Positions 38,253 to 48,740 are shown, numbered from the stretch's first letter. The stretch: DNA of 64,000 bases from an uncultured virus (IMG/VR IMGVR_UViG_3300025404_000001) (IMGVR_UViG_3300025404_000001), one strand, 5' to 3'. Numbers and translations are program-made. The notes: generated from the letters alone by a model not told the origin.

Positions 38253-38274
38253 CCCAGAGAAAGGAATCCACTCA

Positions 38275-38823
38275 ATGTCAGGCACGATCTCAGCTACTGT
38301 AGCCACTCTGATCTCTGCTGCTGTTGGCGCGGCCGGAGTCGGAACTTCGATTTACGAAGGCGTCAAGTCGGGAGACGAGCAGGCTGACGCGCAGAAGGCC
38401 AATGCCGCCGCGCTGCTTCAACAGCAACAAGCTGCGGCCAACCAAGCCAACCTGACCAAGCAGGAAGCGGTTCTTGGGGCGCAGGGCCAAACTCAAGCGC
38501 AGACCGGTGGATCGCTGACTGACTCGGGAACCTCGGCGTTGACTGATCTGCTGGCTGGGTATCCAGGGTATCAGGGTGGAAGTAGCGCAGGGGCAGGCAC
38601 CGCCGGTGGTGTAGGCACGACCAGTTCTCCTGTCACGCCTGATGCAACCTCTGCCGCCGCGGGGTCACCCAATATCGCGGCAATTCTGGCTGCCTTGCGC
38701 AACGGAGGAGGTGGAGGAGCGCTCGGCAGCGGAGCAGGATCTTCGGCAATCTCCGGCGGCAACTGGCAGACGCCGCCGGCGCAGCCTCAAGCTAAGTTTG
38801 AACTGTCCAATCCAGTTTTCTAG
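38275..38823 (+). CDS. putative internal virion / ejection protein
   Basis: Ala/Gly/Gln-rich with hydrophobic N-terminus. Confidence 0.6.
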   Translation: MSGTISATVATLISAAVGAAGVGTSIYEGVKSGDEQADAQKANAAALLQQQQAAANQANLTKQEAVLGAQGQTQAQTGGSLTDSGTSALTDLLAGYPGYQGGSSAGAGTAGGVGTTSSPVTPDATSAAAGSPNIAAILAALRNGGGGGALGSGAGSSAISGGNWQTPPAQPQAKFELSNPVF

Positions 38824-38846
38824 GTCAGAAGAAGGAGTCTAATTCA

Positions 38847-39461
38847 ATGCCGGAAATCATGAGTTCGCTTGCTCCCATCCTTGGCCCGGCCACGCAAGTT
38901 GCATCGCTCGGCTCCTCGGCCTATAACCTTTACAACCAGTATCAAAACCAGCAATACCAGAATCAACTCCGCTCCTATGCGCAGAATCCAGCCAAGATGA
39001 ACGCCTACGCCGCGCAATTCACCCAGCCACTGACCGCTGGCCTACAAACTGGAGTCGCCAACCAGGCTCAGGCCGACTTAGCCACACGCGGCCTGACCGA
39101 TTCGCCTGAAATCTCCCAGCAGGTCTACGCGCAAGCGATCGCGCCTTACATTCAACAGAACCAGCAGCAGGGTTACCAGAACGCGCTGCAGGCGCTTAAC
39201 CTCGGCGGCGGAGCGGTCAATCCCAACACCCAATCCACCAATGCGATCTCGTCGCTGGCAAAGATTTTCTCGACCTTGCCTGGTGCAGGCGGTGGAATGA
39301 ACCCAGCCGTCTTCCGCCAACTTTTGCAGCAGGGTACAGTCCAGCCAGAGCAGCTAAGCGCAGATATCTATCAGCCGGACTACAGCGCGATGCTGACCCC
39401 GACAACGACTCCGGGAGCAGGCGCGAACGATCTTCCCGACTGGTCCGCGAGCGTGGCCTAA
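38847..39461 (+). CDS. putative ejection protein
   Basis: Gln-rich, LATRGL.DS. Confidence 0.6.
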   Translation: MPEIMSSLAPILGPATQVASLGSSAYNLYNQYQNQQYQNQLRSYAQNPAKMNAYAAQFTQPLTAGLQTGVANQAQADLATRGLTDSPEISQQVYAQAIAPYIQQNQQQGYQNALQALNLGGGAVNPNTQSTNAISSLAKIFSTLPGAGGGMNPAVFRQLLQQGTVQPEQLSADIYQPDYSAMLTPTTTPGAGANDLPDWSASVA

Positions 39462-39485
39462 CGTAGGAGAAGAAGGAGGAATCAC

Positions 39486-39779
39486 TTGGAAACTAAGCCT
39501 AAAGGTTATCGCAGGCCAGCAGTGGAGACGTTTCCTTACTACGCCTGTGGTAATAAGGACAGTGAAAATCATATCTGCTTCGTTTTTGCCAACCGGTACA
39601 TAGTCCATATTGATCTTGGCAAGAAATGGGCGGCGCATCTTCCGAAAGTATCTTGTGCTGATATGGACACCGGCGAGTCTATTCTCAAATTAAGACGTAT
39701 GACCGAAACCAAATTGGCGATTTTTCTGGGAAAAATAGCATGCAAAGAGAACCCGGGATTACGCGCCAAGAAAGAATAG
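39486..39779 (+). CDS. AT-rich inserted gene (moron-like)
   Basis: AAGGAGG plus TTG; visibly lower GC. Confidence 0.5.
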   Translation: METKPKGYRRPAVETFPYYACGNKDSENHICFVFANRYIVHIDLGKKWAAHLPKVSCADMDTGESILKLRRMTETKLAIFLGKIACKENPGLRAKKE

Positions 39780-39790
39780 GGAGCTGAAAT

Positions 39791-41146
39791 ATGGGATTCT
39801 GGAATGCGCTTTCGATACTCGCTCCTGTGACTCCTGCCATGTCCGACGCCAAGGATATCCGCGCTGCTCGTGCGCAAGACGAGCAGGATCTAGCGATGAA
39901 GAAACTGGCCGCCGAGGGCGCACGTCAACAGAACGCGCTTGCGGCCCGTGACGCACAGGAACAGGAGACAGTGCGGCAGCAGCTCGGGATTCCACTGCGG
40001 CATTACAAAGGGGCGGACGGCGCGGATTACACTGACTACTTCACCCCGAGCGGAGTCAAGGCCGTCGCTGACACGCCGTCGAACGAGGATCGGCTGCAGA
40101 ACTATTTCTCGTCGCTGAAGAAGCTTGGGATCTCGCTTACGCCAGAGCAGCAGGCCGAAATTTCACCAGAGTTCTTTGGTGGGCGAGCATTAACCAGCAA
40201 AATCACGCAGTTGAGCGGCGACGCAGGCAAGCCCTACAAAGGTAGCGACGGGCAGTGGTATGTCAACGAAAAAGATGAGAGCGGGGCGATTGTAGGAAAA
40301 CCGCTCGGCCCCAACTACCAGCCTCCAGCGCCGAAACCCACCTCCCCCTCTGCGCAGTACGCCAACCTGCTCGCCAAGCAGATTCTTGCCAACAAGAAGC
40401 AAGGTCCTCCCCTGACCAACGAGGAAGCAGCACAGTTGCAAGGGGCGCAGGGAGCACTGACCATCCCAGGCATTGCTCGCATGAAGGCTATGGCAGAGTT
40501 CGCGGCGCAGAACCATCTTCAGGTTGTCACTGGGGACGATGGACAGGACATTCTTATTCCAGTCGCTCAGGCTGTGTCTGCGGCCAACACCGGTCAACCT
40601 TACGGTGGACCTGGCATCGGTGCCGCTACCGGCATGGACAAGAAAAATCAAATGCTCGCTGAATCGGCGATCCAGCAAGTCAACCGTATGCAGGCCATTC
40701 TCAGAACCGATCCCAACCTGACTGGTCCTGGCGCTGGTCAGCTTACTCGGCTGCAAGTCTTGCTCGGATCACAAGACCCGGACGCGCAGCAGTTCCTAAT
40801 CTCGTCGCTGCTGGCTTCTGAGCATGGCGTGGCGGTATTCGGCGGCAGGAACATTCATACGATTAACGACCTGAACGACGCGCTTGGTAGCATGAAGACC
40901 AATCCGGCAGCACTCTCATCTGCACTGGACGTAGTCAAGGAGACTATGACTCCGTGGCTGACTGCGAACGGCAGGCTGACAAATCCGCGATCGGGAAGTG
41001 GAAATGGCAAATCAGGCGGCAAAGGTAGCGACAGTGGTAAGCAGCACTCTCTTCGCACCGCCATGTCCCTCCCCTTCAACAAAGGCAAGACAGCAGCGCA
41101 GGTCAAGGCTGACCTTGAAGCACATGGCTACACGGTGACTCCATAA
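39791..41146 (+). CDS. putative ejection protein
   Basis: helical, Cys-free, position in cluster. Confidence 0.6.
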   Translation: MGFWNALSILAPVTPAMSDAKDIRAARAQDEQDLAMKKLAAEGARQQNALAARDAQEQETVRQQLGIPLRHYKGADGADYTDYFTPSGVKAVADTPSNEDRLQNYFSSLKKLGISLTPEQQAEISPEFFGGRALTSKITQLSGDAGKPYKGSDGQWYVNEKDESGAIVGKPLGPNYQPPAPKPTSPSAQYANLLAKQILANKKQGPPLTNEEAAQLQGAQGALTIPGIARMKAMAEFAAQNHLQVVTGDDGQDILIPVAQAVSAANTGQPYGGPGIGAATGMDKKNQMLAESAIQQVNRMQAILRTDPNLTGPGAGQLTRLQVLLGSQDPDAQQFLISSLLASEHGVAVFGGRNIHTINDLNDALGSMKTNPAALSSALDVVKETMTPWLTANGRLTNPRSGSGNGKSGGKGSDSGKQHSLRTAMSLPFNKGKTAAQVKADLEAHGYTVTP

Positions 41147-43356
41147 TGGCTGACCAGACTTCAGATCCATACGCAGCGACGGCGATCAAACCAGCGAAGT
41201 CAAAGACCAAGACTGCGCCCGCGCCCACGCCTATGGAAGATCCCTATGCAGCAACTGCAATGCGGACTACCTCCGCTGCGCCGACGGCCTCTTCCTCCTC
41301 CCCTACCTCTTCCCTTCCTTACACCACAGGCACCATTCGCCCTTTGACCGAGCGCGAACGGTTTCTCAATCCCAATCTCTACCCAGTCGGCTTGCCGAAC
41401 GAAGGGCTTGGCGAGAACCTTTACAACATTGCCCAGCGGGGCGGCGTAGGCATCTTCCAACTAGCTGACGCCGCGACCCACCCGCGCGACACGGTTGCTG
41501 GAATCCTCGCTTCGCTCCTGCCTGAGCCTGCCGTGCATGTCGTCAATCGTGTAGCGAACTGGGGCAAGAGTCTTCCCATCCCCGGCTCTAAATACATGTG
41601 GACCAATCTTCCTGAACAGACCGAAAACCCTCTTCACGCTGCTTATCAAGCCGTTGCTACCTCGCGCGGACCGATGGAACTGGCCGGCAAGGCCGCTCCT
41701 CTGGCTGGTCAGGCTCTTGCCGGCGATGTCTTCGGGGTTATCGTGCCGGAAGTCTTCCGGGATGTGCGCGTCGTGCCTGAGAAGGTTGCCCGTGCCATGA
41801 CTAACACTGGCGCGGCTCCGGTCGAGCAATTAGTAGAGGACACTCGTCTAGCCAATGAGAAGATAGATGCAGTAAACGCAGATCGTACTGAGGCTCACGC
41901 CAAGGCCAATGCTACAGCCACGGCTGAATACAACAAGGCGGTCGGCAAGGTTATCCAAGACCGTCGCGCTGCTGCTGCTACCACGCAGGCCCGCGCACAT
42001 GCCGCCGCTCAGACCCGGGTCGTCGGTTCGCAACTGATCTACCGTATCAACCGCCTGAACGAATCCCTGCGCACGCACGCCAACCAACTCTACAGCGCTG
42101 TTCAAGAGCATATGGCGGGAGCCTCGATCCCCTCTGACACTCTTGCCAACGCCGTTAAGGCAGCACAGGACCGGTGGATTCGAGGCTCGCCTGAGAAAGT
42201 CCGCGAGTTCAACGCGATGGTATCCCCCGGTCAACCCGGACCGGAACTCGTACTCGCCGACCAGACCGCACAGAACATGGGCTATAAGGATTTCCGCACG
42301 GCGATCACCAACCCGGCGATCCGCTCGACCCTCTCGCGTGCCCTTCCACCCGACGTGTGGGAGGCGGCAATCGGTCAGGGAACTCGTCCAATTTCCTGGA
42401 ACGATCTTCAGGGATTCTACGAGGAGACTGGTGCACGGATTGCTGACGGCCCTCAACCCGGCAAGAGTGACATCTACAAGGCACTCCAGCAAGTCCACCA
42501 GTTCGTCGGCGACCAGATGCAGCAACTGGCCGGTGCGCGAGACGTCGGCGACCAGTTTCGCGATGCACGCAACTTCTATCGTGAGTACATGCAGACTTTC
42601 CATACGCCGACTGGTCCCTCGTCGTCCGGTTCCGCGGTCGCGCAAGTTCTCCGTGCTAAGGACCCCGCTGTCGCCGTCCAGAAATTTTCTGGCACTGCCG
42701 CCGACCGCGCCATTTCCGACCTTAACCGCTACGATCCGGCGCTGGCACAACTGGCTCGACAAGCGCAAAAGATCAAGCAGGAGACTCCGACCGCTACTGC
42801 GGCTGCCCGTATGCCGAAGTCCATCACCTCGGTCCCCGTGCCGACCACCGTCCCACTCGAACTTCGTCCTCACGAGACGATCTCTTCGCCGGACATCGCC
42901 GCAGCTCGTCGTGCCGCTGCCGAAGCCCGCGCCAACAAGATTTGGAACCGCGGACAGTGGGCTGCAACTTGGCCTATCTTTCAAGCCGCGCGCGCGTTTT
43001 GGGGAGGACACATACCATCAATCCCAACTATGGCGTTGGAATCAGCGGGGATGTTAGCAGCCGTTCAAGCCACAACCCATCTCATGCGCTACCCACCAAT
43101 GCTCAGGTTTCTGGAGAAGGCTCGTCCAGAGGATATTCCGTTAATTCCGCCAGAGATGCGCGGTGATTTGCCTGGATTAGTACACCTTGCGCAGCAGCAG
43201 GGAATTAAGGTAGCTCCGGCGCTTGTTGCGGCGGCTGCAGCTACTCCGTCTGACCAGCAATCTATGCAGTCAACTATTACTCCTACACAGGCCATTCAAG
43301 CCATGCAATCCGGTCAGTCCAACCAATCAGCAGCACAGAACGGAGTATCACAATGA
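41146..43356 (+). CDS. putative large ejection protein
   Basis: 736 aa Ala-rich helical; repeated DPYAATA. Confidence 0.6.
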   Translation: MADQTSDPYAATAIKPAKSKTKTAPAPTPMEDPYAATAMRTTSAAPTASSSSPTSSLPYTTGTIRPLTERERFLNPNLYPVGLPNEGLGENLYNIAQRGGVGIFQLADAATHPRDTVAGILASLLPEPAVHVVNRVANWGKSLPIPGSKYMWTNLPEQTENPLHAAYQAVATSRGPMELAGKAAPLAGQALAGDVFGVIVPEVFRDVRVVPEKVARAMTNTGAAPVEQLVEDTRLANEKIDAVNADRTEAHAKANATATAEYNKAVGKVIQDRRAAAATTQARAHAAAQTRVVGSQLIYRINRLNESLRTHANQLYSAVQEHMAGASIPSDTLANAVKAAQDRWIRGSPEKVREFNAMVSPGQPGPELVLADQTAQNMGYKDFRTAITNPAIRSTLSRALPPDVWEAAIGQGTRPISWNDLQGFYEETGARIADGPQPGKSDIYKALQQVHQFVGDQMQQLAGARDVGDQFRDARNFYREYMQTFHTPTGPSSSGSAVAQVLRAKDPAVAVQKFSGTAADRAISDLNRYDPALAQLARQAQKIKQETPTATAAARMPKSITSVPVPTTVPLELRPHETISSPDIAAARRAAAEARANKIWNRGQWAATWPIFQAARAFWGGHIPSIPTMALESAGMLAAVQATTHLMRYPPMLRFLEKARPEDIPLIPPEMRGDLPGLVHLAQQQGIKVAPALVAAAAATPSDQQSMQSTITPTQAIQAMQSGQSNQSAAQNGVSQ

Positions 43357-46300
43357 AGCTAGTTCAATTCCCTACTAGGTCTTGCTTTTTCAGCCTTGTG
43401 ATATTTTTGTCTCTACTCTCGTCCTATCCTCTCGCTCACGCTCAGATCCCCTCTGGCTATGTCCAAACTACCGCTACAGTTCCCCCCTTGGCTGGCGGTC
43501 AGTTCGGCGCTGCGTGGACCAACCTCTCCACTTCCCCACAGCTCGGACTCCTTGGCTGCGTGTCGACCTTTCAAACTACAGTCTCTGGAACGATCGACTC
43601 CAACGGCCACTTCTCGACCTTGCTGGCCGATACCGCGCAAATCTGTCCATCGCCATCAACCTGGACTTTTACGCTTACCTTCGCCTGCCCAACAGGTACG
43701 CCCCCCAGTGGGTTCCGGACACAAGTCGCGGTCACCGGCGGCGGAGGAACTGAGGATATATCTTCGCAAATTATCGCCGCACTTCCGACCAATCCATGCG
43801 GCGGCAGCGGTGGTACAGTCAATCCCGGCCTTACAGGGCAGATCGCGTTCTATGCGACAGGTGGGAAAACCGTCTCGGGAGAAAACACTATTACTGTGAA
43901 TCAGGGAGGATCTGCCAATTTGAAAATCAACATTCAGGCTCCTCCCTACAGCGCGGTGTGCGACGGAGTTACTAACGACGCCGTGGCGATTCAGTCGGCT
44001 CTCTTCGCGGCAGGAGCGAATTCGTTCTCCACAATTCCGACGATCACTTACGCGACAAATGTAGGTAATGCGCAGCAAGGAGTGGTAGTTTTTCCCTATG
44101 GAAAAACCTGCAATATCACCACGCCGCTGATCGTTCCTCCTGGAGTCAAGATCGACCTGAACTGGTCGACTCTGCTGCAAACAGGCACAGGCGACGCGCT
44201 CGAACTCTCGTACTACAACATCACGGGAACTCCCACATGGTACGGCTTCGCCTTCAACTCGATCCGCGACGGCCAGATCGTGGGACCAGGCGCAGGGACC
44301 TCGACCGGCAGCGGAGTTTTCATGTCGCTGGCCTCGTGGGGAACCTACCAGAACCTGAGCGTGACGGGCTTTAAGTACGGCATGCAAGGGCAGGAAGTGC
44401 AGTACAACACCTTCAGCCACGTCTACACTAACTCAAACGTGGTCGGAAAATACTTCACGGCGCGCGCGGCGGCCACGACGCTGACATCGATCGACAACAC
44501 CTGGCTCGACGACGAGTCGGACTACAACACGAAGTATGGCTTCTGGTGCCAGGCATGCTCGGCGCGCGGAGTCTATTCGGCCGACTGGTCGCGCAACGGC
44601 GTGCAGGACGCGGTGCTGGGCGCGCAGTGGGGCTGGATCGACTCGACGCACGCAGAGTACGTCGACCACTACACCTTCACCGGCGGAACAGGATGCACGA
44701 TCAATTCGGCGTTGCCTCTGACTGTAGTGGGCACAACGACCGGACAGTCGGCTACCGGCTATGCGCAAACGAACGGATCAGGCGTGGTGACCGGCGTGTG
44801 GGGTGTCACAAGCGGCACTGGCTACACCGGAGCGATCACAGCCACCGTCGCAGGATGCAGCTCGGCGCCGACGATCACGCCTGTGGTGGCGAACGACTCG
44901 GCGCTTGGCGCCTGGGCAGGTGCCTCGGCGATCTCGCGCGGCGGAATGACCTTCAAAAACGTCAAGGTCGAGCATACGATCGGCCCGTATAATCCGCCGA
45001 CCAGCGACGGGCCGACGTCAGGCTACGCAATCGGGATCAACTCGAATACAATCAGGGCGAATAACTTTGAGGATTTGATGTTCCAGCGTCAGGCCGGTGT
45101 GGGAGCAGCTCCCGTGTCTTACGCGCAGATGATGATCAATGCCGGCTTCCAGAATGCGCTGAAGACACCCGGCGATCCGGACAACCTATGGAGCGCGATA
45201 GCTAACCCTATTACGGGAGGGCTCTGCGCATCGACCGATCTGGTGACCGGCCAGCTTACCTCGACGTGGGGTTCGGGAGCCGGAACAAACCCACTACTGT
45301 ATCAATGTAACGCCGCACAGTCTGTCGAGTGGGAGAATATGCCGGCAAGCGGATGGTCTCCCGCTTCCGGTAGTGAGGTTATGCTTGCGGAAGGCTATCA
45401 GGGCATGACCAACTTCTCCGGCGACCCGCTGCTACAAGGCGGACTGGCCGGAGACACGACGGCGCGCGTAAACATCCACGAGGACGGGCAGACGAACTAT
45501 GGCGGCGGCAGCTCGGTTGACGCAGGCACCTGCAGGTTCGGCCCGCAAACCCTGGCCGCCACTGACGGACTAGGCTGCAACGTCAACGGTAAATGGTTCG
45601 CCACCCAGTTCAACGTTCCCAACCCAGGCACAGGGTTTACGATCGGCGGAACCGCATTCGTCAGCTTCGTCGGCGGCGGGCCGGACCTGCATCTATTCGG
45701 ATCGACCATCCAAGCCAGGAACTTCGGCGACACAACCTTCGTCCCATTTAACGGAGCCAGTTACCAAATCGCCGGAACCACCGTTATCTCCTCCGGCACA
45801 GGCGCGCCGCACGGCACCCAGGCTCATATCCAAATGAGCGACAACACCGGCACCTCCGGCCACTGCGCTACGTTCAACGCAGACGGCAGCCTGACTGACG
45901 GGCCTGCCGGTTGCGGCGGGTCGACCCCAACCTTCTCGACCATTACCTCGCCGATCGTCTACGGAGGTAACGCAGTTGGATCCACCTTGACCCTGAACGG
46001 CAGCTCCAACGGTTCCCCGGTCAACGCATATGTACTGCTGAACCCAGCCGGCACTGGCGGAATCTGCGTCTGGTGTTCCAGCACCGCCTCAGCGTTCGAG
46101 GTCAACGGCACGGCCAAGTTCGATGCCGGCGGCACGCTGACCGGGCCGCTGAATGGGACTAGCGCGAATTTTTCAAGTACCGTCGGGATTGGGACGTCAG
46201 GACCATTAAGTGCCTTAAATATCGAAAGTGCGGGTACAAATGCAATAAGAATGGGTGCGGCGAGTGATCAAACCTACGACTCTGCGATTCAGTACCGTTT

Positions 46301-46775
46301 TGCTACCGGCATTGGCGCTTACACGGATATTGGCTATTATGCGGGCTCAGCTACTTTTTATCCAACACTTACTCTTTCGCCAAATATGACCGGTACGGGA
46401 GCTGGCGATGTCGGCATCGGCACGACGAACCCAGGCGCAAATCTCGAGGTCAACGGCACGGCCAAGTTCGATTCAACCAGCACCTTCAACGGATTCGTTG
46501 ACGGCGGCACCAAGTTCACGATCTCCTCCGGCTGCTCGACCTCGGTAACCACTGGCGGCGCTCTCGGCGGCGGATTCACGGCAACCTCATCAACCTGCTC
46601 GCCTGTGATCTCAACCGGTCTTACCGCACCCAACGGCTACTACTGCGGCATCAACGACGTCACCACCCCTGCGGCTTCGATCAAGGAAACCGCATTCACC
46701 CTAACCACCGTCACCTTCACCGGATCAAGCTTAGGAACCACCGATGTGTTTGTCTTCCATTGCACGGAATTCTAG
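43353..46775 (+). CDS. tailspike/fibre with beta-helix (pectin-lyase-like) domain and signal peptide
   Basis: AVCDGVTNDAVAIQSAL...VVFPYGK; VGIGT repeats; N-terminal hydrophobic stretch ending AHA-Q. Confidence 0.8.
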   Translation: MKLVQFPTRSCFFSLVIFLSLLSSYPLAHAQIPSGYVQTTATVPPLAGGQFGAAWTNLSTSPQLGLLGCVSTFQTTVSGTIDSNGHFSTLLADTAQICPSPSTWTFTLTFACPTGTPPSGFRTQVAVTGGGGTEDISSQIIAALPTNPCGGSGGTVNPGLTGQIAFYATGGKTVSGENTITVNQGGSANLKINIQAPPYSAVCDGVTNDAVAIQSALFAAGANSFSTIPTITYATNVGNAQQGVVVFPYGKTCNITTPLIVPPGVKIDLNWSTLLQTGTGDALELSYYNITGTPTWYGFAFNSIRDGQIVGPGAGTSTGSGVFMSLASWGTYQNLSVTGFKYGMQGQEVQYNTFSHVYTNSNVVGKYFTARAAATTLTSIDNTWLDDESDYNTKYGFWCQACSARGVYSADWSRNGVQDAVLGAQWGWIDSTHAEYVDHYTFTGGTGCTINSALPLTVVGTTTGQSATGYAQTNGSGVVTGVWGVTSGTGYTGAITATVAGCSSAPTITPVVANDSALGAWAGASAISRGGMTFKNVKVEHTIGPYNPPTSDGPTSGYAIGINSNTIRANNFEDLMFQRQAGVGAAPVSYAQMMINAGFQNALKTPGDPDNLWSAIANPITGGLCASTDLVTGQLTSTWGSGAGTNPLLYQCNAAQSVEWENMPASGWSPASGSEVMLAEGYQGMTNFSGDPLLQGGLAGDTTARVNIHEDGQTNYGGGSSVDAGTCRFGPQTLAATDGLGCNVNGKWFATQFNVPNPGTGFTIGGTAFVSFVGGGPDLHLFGSTIQARNFGDTTFVPFNGASYQIAGTTVISSGTGAPHGTQAHIQMSDNTGTSGHCATFNADGSLTDGPAGCGGSTPTFSTITSPIVYGGNAVGSTLTLNGSSNGSPVNAYVLLNPAGTGGICVWCSSTASAFEVNGTAKFDAGGTLTGPLNGTSANFSSTVGIGTSGPLSALNIESAGTNAIRMGAASDQTYDSAIQYRFATGIGAYTDIGYYAGSATFYPTLTLSPNMTGTGAGDVGIGTTNPGANLEVNGTAKFDSTSTFNGFVDGGTKFTISSGCSTSVTTGGALGGGFTATSSTCSPVISTGLTAPNGYYCGINDVTTPAASIKETAFTLTTVTFTGSSLGTTDVFVFHCTEF

Positions 46776-46858
46776 TAACTCACACATGCCTGTCCTGTAC
46801 ATAGGAGTCACGAAACAGGTGACAGCCCGCAAGGGCGGCATAATTCTGGAGACCGGAG

Positions 46859-47068
46859 ATGTATATGACCGTCAGCAAACCGAAACCGATAGTCCATGAA
46901 TGGGTTCCGCAATGGATATCGATCTGCCTGGTGATCATAAGTGGATTCGGTGGATTGGTTTGGAAGATTGGTGGAGACTACACCGCGCTGAAACTGGAAG
47001 CGGAGAATCAGAAAGCGGAAATAAAATCCATGCGCCAGGACGTGTCAGAGATCCTGGTTGATGAGTAA
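46859..47068 (+). CDS. membrane protein, TM plus coiled coil (lysis region)
   Basis: WISICLVIISGFGGLVW. Confidence 0.55.
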   Translation: MYMTVSKPKPIVHEWVPQWISICLVIISGFGGLVWKIGGDYTALKLEAENQKAEIKSMRQDVSEILVDE

Positions 47069-47130
47069 TACCCGGCAAACTCCAGTAATCGGGAGCCGGG
47101 GTTTGGAGAGTATGAGTGCAGGGGTGGGGA

Positions 47131-47589
47131 ATGGCCGACGCGGGAGAGCAGGATCAGCCGTTGGTGCAGATCGAACGCAGGAAAATTTATCAAGTTCCCT
47201 GCGAGGATGTTAAGAATTTGGGGGTAAAAGTGGCCGGTATGAGTGTGTTGCTTACTCAACTCGACAACGATTTCAACAATCACGGCAAGGATGGTTTGAA
47301 AACCAAGTTCAACAATTTCGTATCTACCTATGAGGAGCGCGAAAAACAGAGAGAGTTGTCTCACGCGATTCTGGCCGAGCGGGATGTGAAGAACCGCGAT
47401 AGGTTCAGATTCATCATCGCCACCGTCATCGCCATCGTCGGCCTGCTGATCTCGTTCATCGAACTCAACCGGCAGACTCATTGGATCACTTTTAACGAAC
47501 CACAAATTCATGTTAGACAGAGTGACGGCGAGCGTATAATCGCTCACAGGAACACTCCCCCGGAACTGTCATCGATGAGAGGTAGGTAA
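47131..47589 (+). CDS. membrane protein, coiled coil plus TM (lysis region)
   Basis: FIIATVIAIVGLLISFI. Confidence 0.6.
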   Translation: MADAGEQDQPLVQIERRKIYQVPCEDVKNLGVKVAGMSVLLTQLDNDFNNHGKDGLKTKFNNFVSTYEEREKQRELSHAILAERDVKNRDRFRFIIATVIAIVGLLISFIELNRQTHWITFNEPQIHVRQSDGERIIAHRNTPPELSSMRGR

Positions 47590-47593
47590 GCGC

Positions 47594-47839
47594 ATGTCAA
47601 CACCGCCAGTCAACCCGGACCCTGAGAACCCCGATCCAAGACCGGAACCTCCTACGCCAACGCCATGCGTAGAGGCTCCATTTCCCGCCGACGCTGGCCC
47701 TGACGCGCGCGCTTTAATCGCCGGTCTGCGTCAGAATGGAGCCGAGCAGTTGCAAACCACCAACGAGCTGAGAGGATTACTTGATCGGGCGGAAACAGAG
47801 GTCGCAAGATTGCGTAATCTAGCACCGCCTGAGAATTGA
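47594..47839 (+). CDS. hypothetical protein
   Basis: Pro-rich plus coiled coil. Confidence 0.55.
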   Translation: MSTPPVNPDPENPDPRPEPPTPTPCVEAPFPADAGPDARALIAGLRQNGAEQLQTTNELRGLLDRAETEVARLRNLAPPEN

Positions 47840-47846
47840 GGACGCC

Positions 47847-48083
47847 ATGAACTTCGCACGCCAGCTATGGCTCTCTGTTCGTAGCAATCCCTACGTCGTC
47901 ACCGCATACAGCGGGGCGGCCGGCGCGGTCGTCTCCTACCTGCAAGGCGTGCTGGCGACCGGCCAGTTCAGCTTTGCGTCGATCAACTGGCAGCAGCTCG
48001 CGACCCTAGCAGGAACCGCCGCGCTCGCATCGCTGATCCATCTCTACCGCCCGGCACCGGGCGCCAACCCAACGAAGGACTGA
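47847..48083 (+). CDS. putative holin
   Basis: 78 aa, two hydrophobic helices, lysis-region position. Confidence 0.55.
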   Translation: MNFARQLWLSVRSNPYVVTAYSGAAGAVVSYLQGVLATGQFSFASINWQQLATLAGTAALASLIHLYRPAPGANPTKD

Positions 48084-48094
48084 AAGGACATCGC

Positions 48095-48628
48095 ATGAAA
48101 CGTTTCACCGCAATCTGCACCGGCCTGCTGATGTGGGCCTCGATCCTATCCGCGCCCATGATCGTTCCGGTTACCGGCTGCACATCCAGCCAAATCGAGA
48201 GCGCCGTCAATTCTGTCATCTCGGGCACGGAATCCATCTTGAAGGTCGTCGAGCCCAACGCGCCCTATACGGCCCAGCTCCAAAGCGCCCTGAATGCCCT
48301 TGTAGCCGCCGAGGCGAGCTGGAAGGGTGGTAGCCCTGTTTCGGTCATCGAAAGCGCTCTGGCCACGGTTGAAGCTGTCACGGCGGTCATTCCTCTCACC
48401 GCTTCCTACTCTCCGCTGATTGATGTCCTGGTTGCCACTATCGACGCCGCGCTGGCTCTGATTCCGCCATCGGCGGCAGTATCGGCTAGGGTCGTCGCCA
48501 CCAACCCTCACATCGGGCGCGTGACCTTGGCAAAGCCTCACCTGTTCCAGAGCCGGAAAGCTGCGATCGAGGAACAGTGGAACGCGATTGTGGACGCGAA
48601 CCCGTCGCTGGCCGCTGCGAAGATCTAA
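48095..48628 (+). CDS. lipoprotein (possible spanin-like)
   Basis: signal peptide with lipobox VTGC. Confidence 0.6.
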   Translation: MKRFTAICTGLLMWASILSAPMIVPVTGCTSSQIESAVNSVISGTESILKVVEPNAPYTAQLQSALNALVAAEASWKGGSPVSVIESALATVEAVTAVIPLTASYSPLIDVLVATIDAALALIPPSAAVSARVVATNPHIGRVTLAKPHLFQSRKAAIEEQWNAIVDANPSLAAAKI

Positions 48629-48740
48629 CCACTTTGCGCGGGCGAACTAGTTCACACGACGAGCGCCTACAACGGCTCTGGACCGGTCCGCGCAATCCAC
48701 CTTCCCGGCTCACTCAACCGGGAAGCAGCAATGCAATCTT

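Noticed and set aside
41848..43011. Long antisense ORFs (also 16443-17375, 13231-13995, 26172-26828)
   Set aside because: Shadow frames of GC-rich plus-strand genes with no SD or motifs
43353..46775. Diversity-generating retroelement acting on the fibre ends
   Set aside because: No reverse transcriptase; the two C-terminal domains are protein-level paralogues, not adenine-specific TR/VR copies
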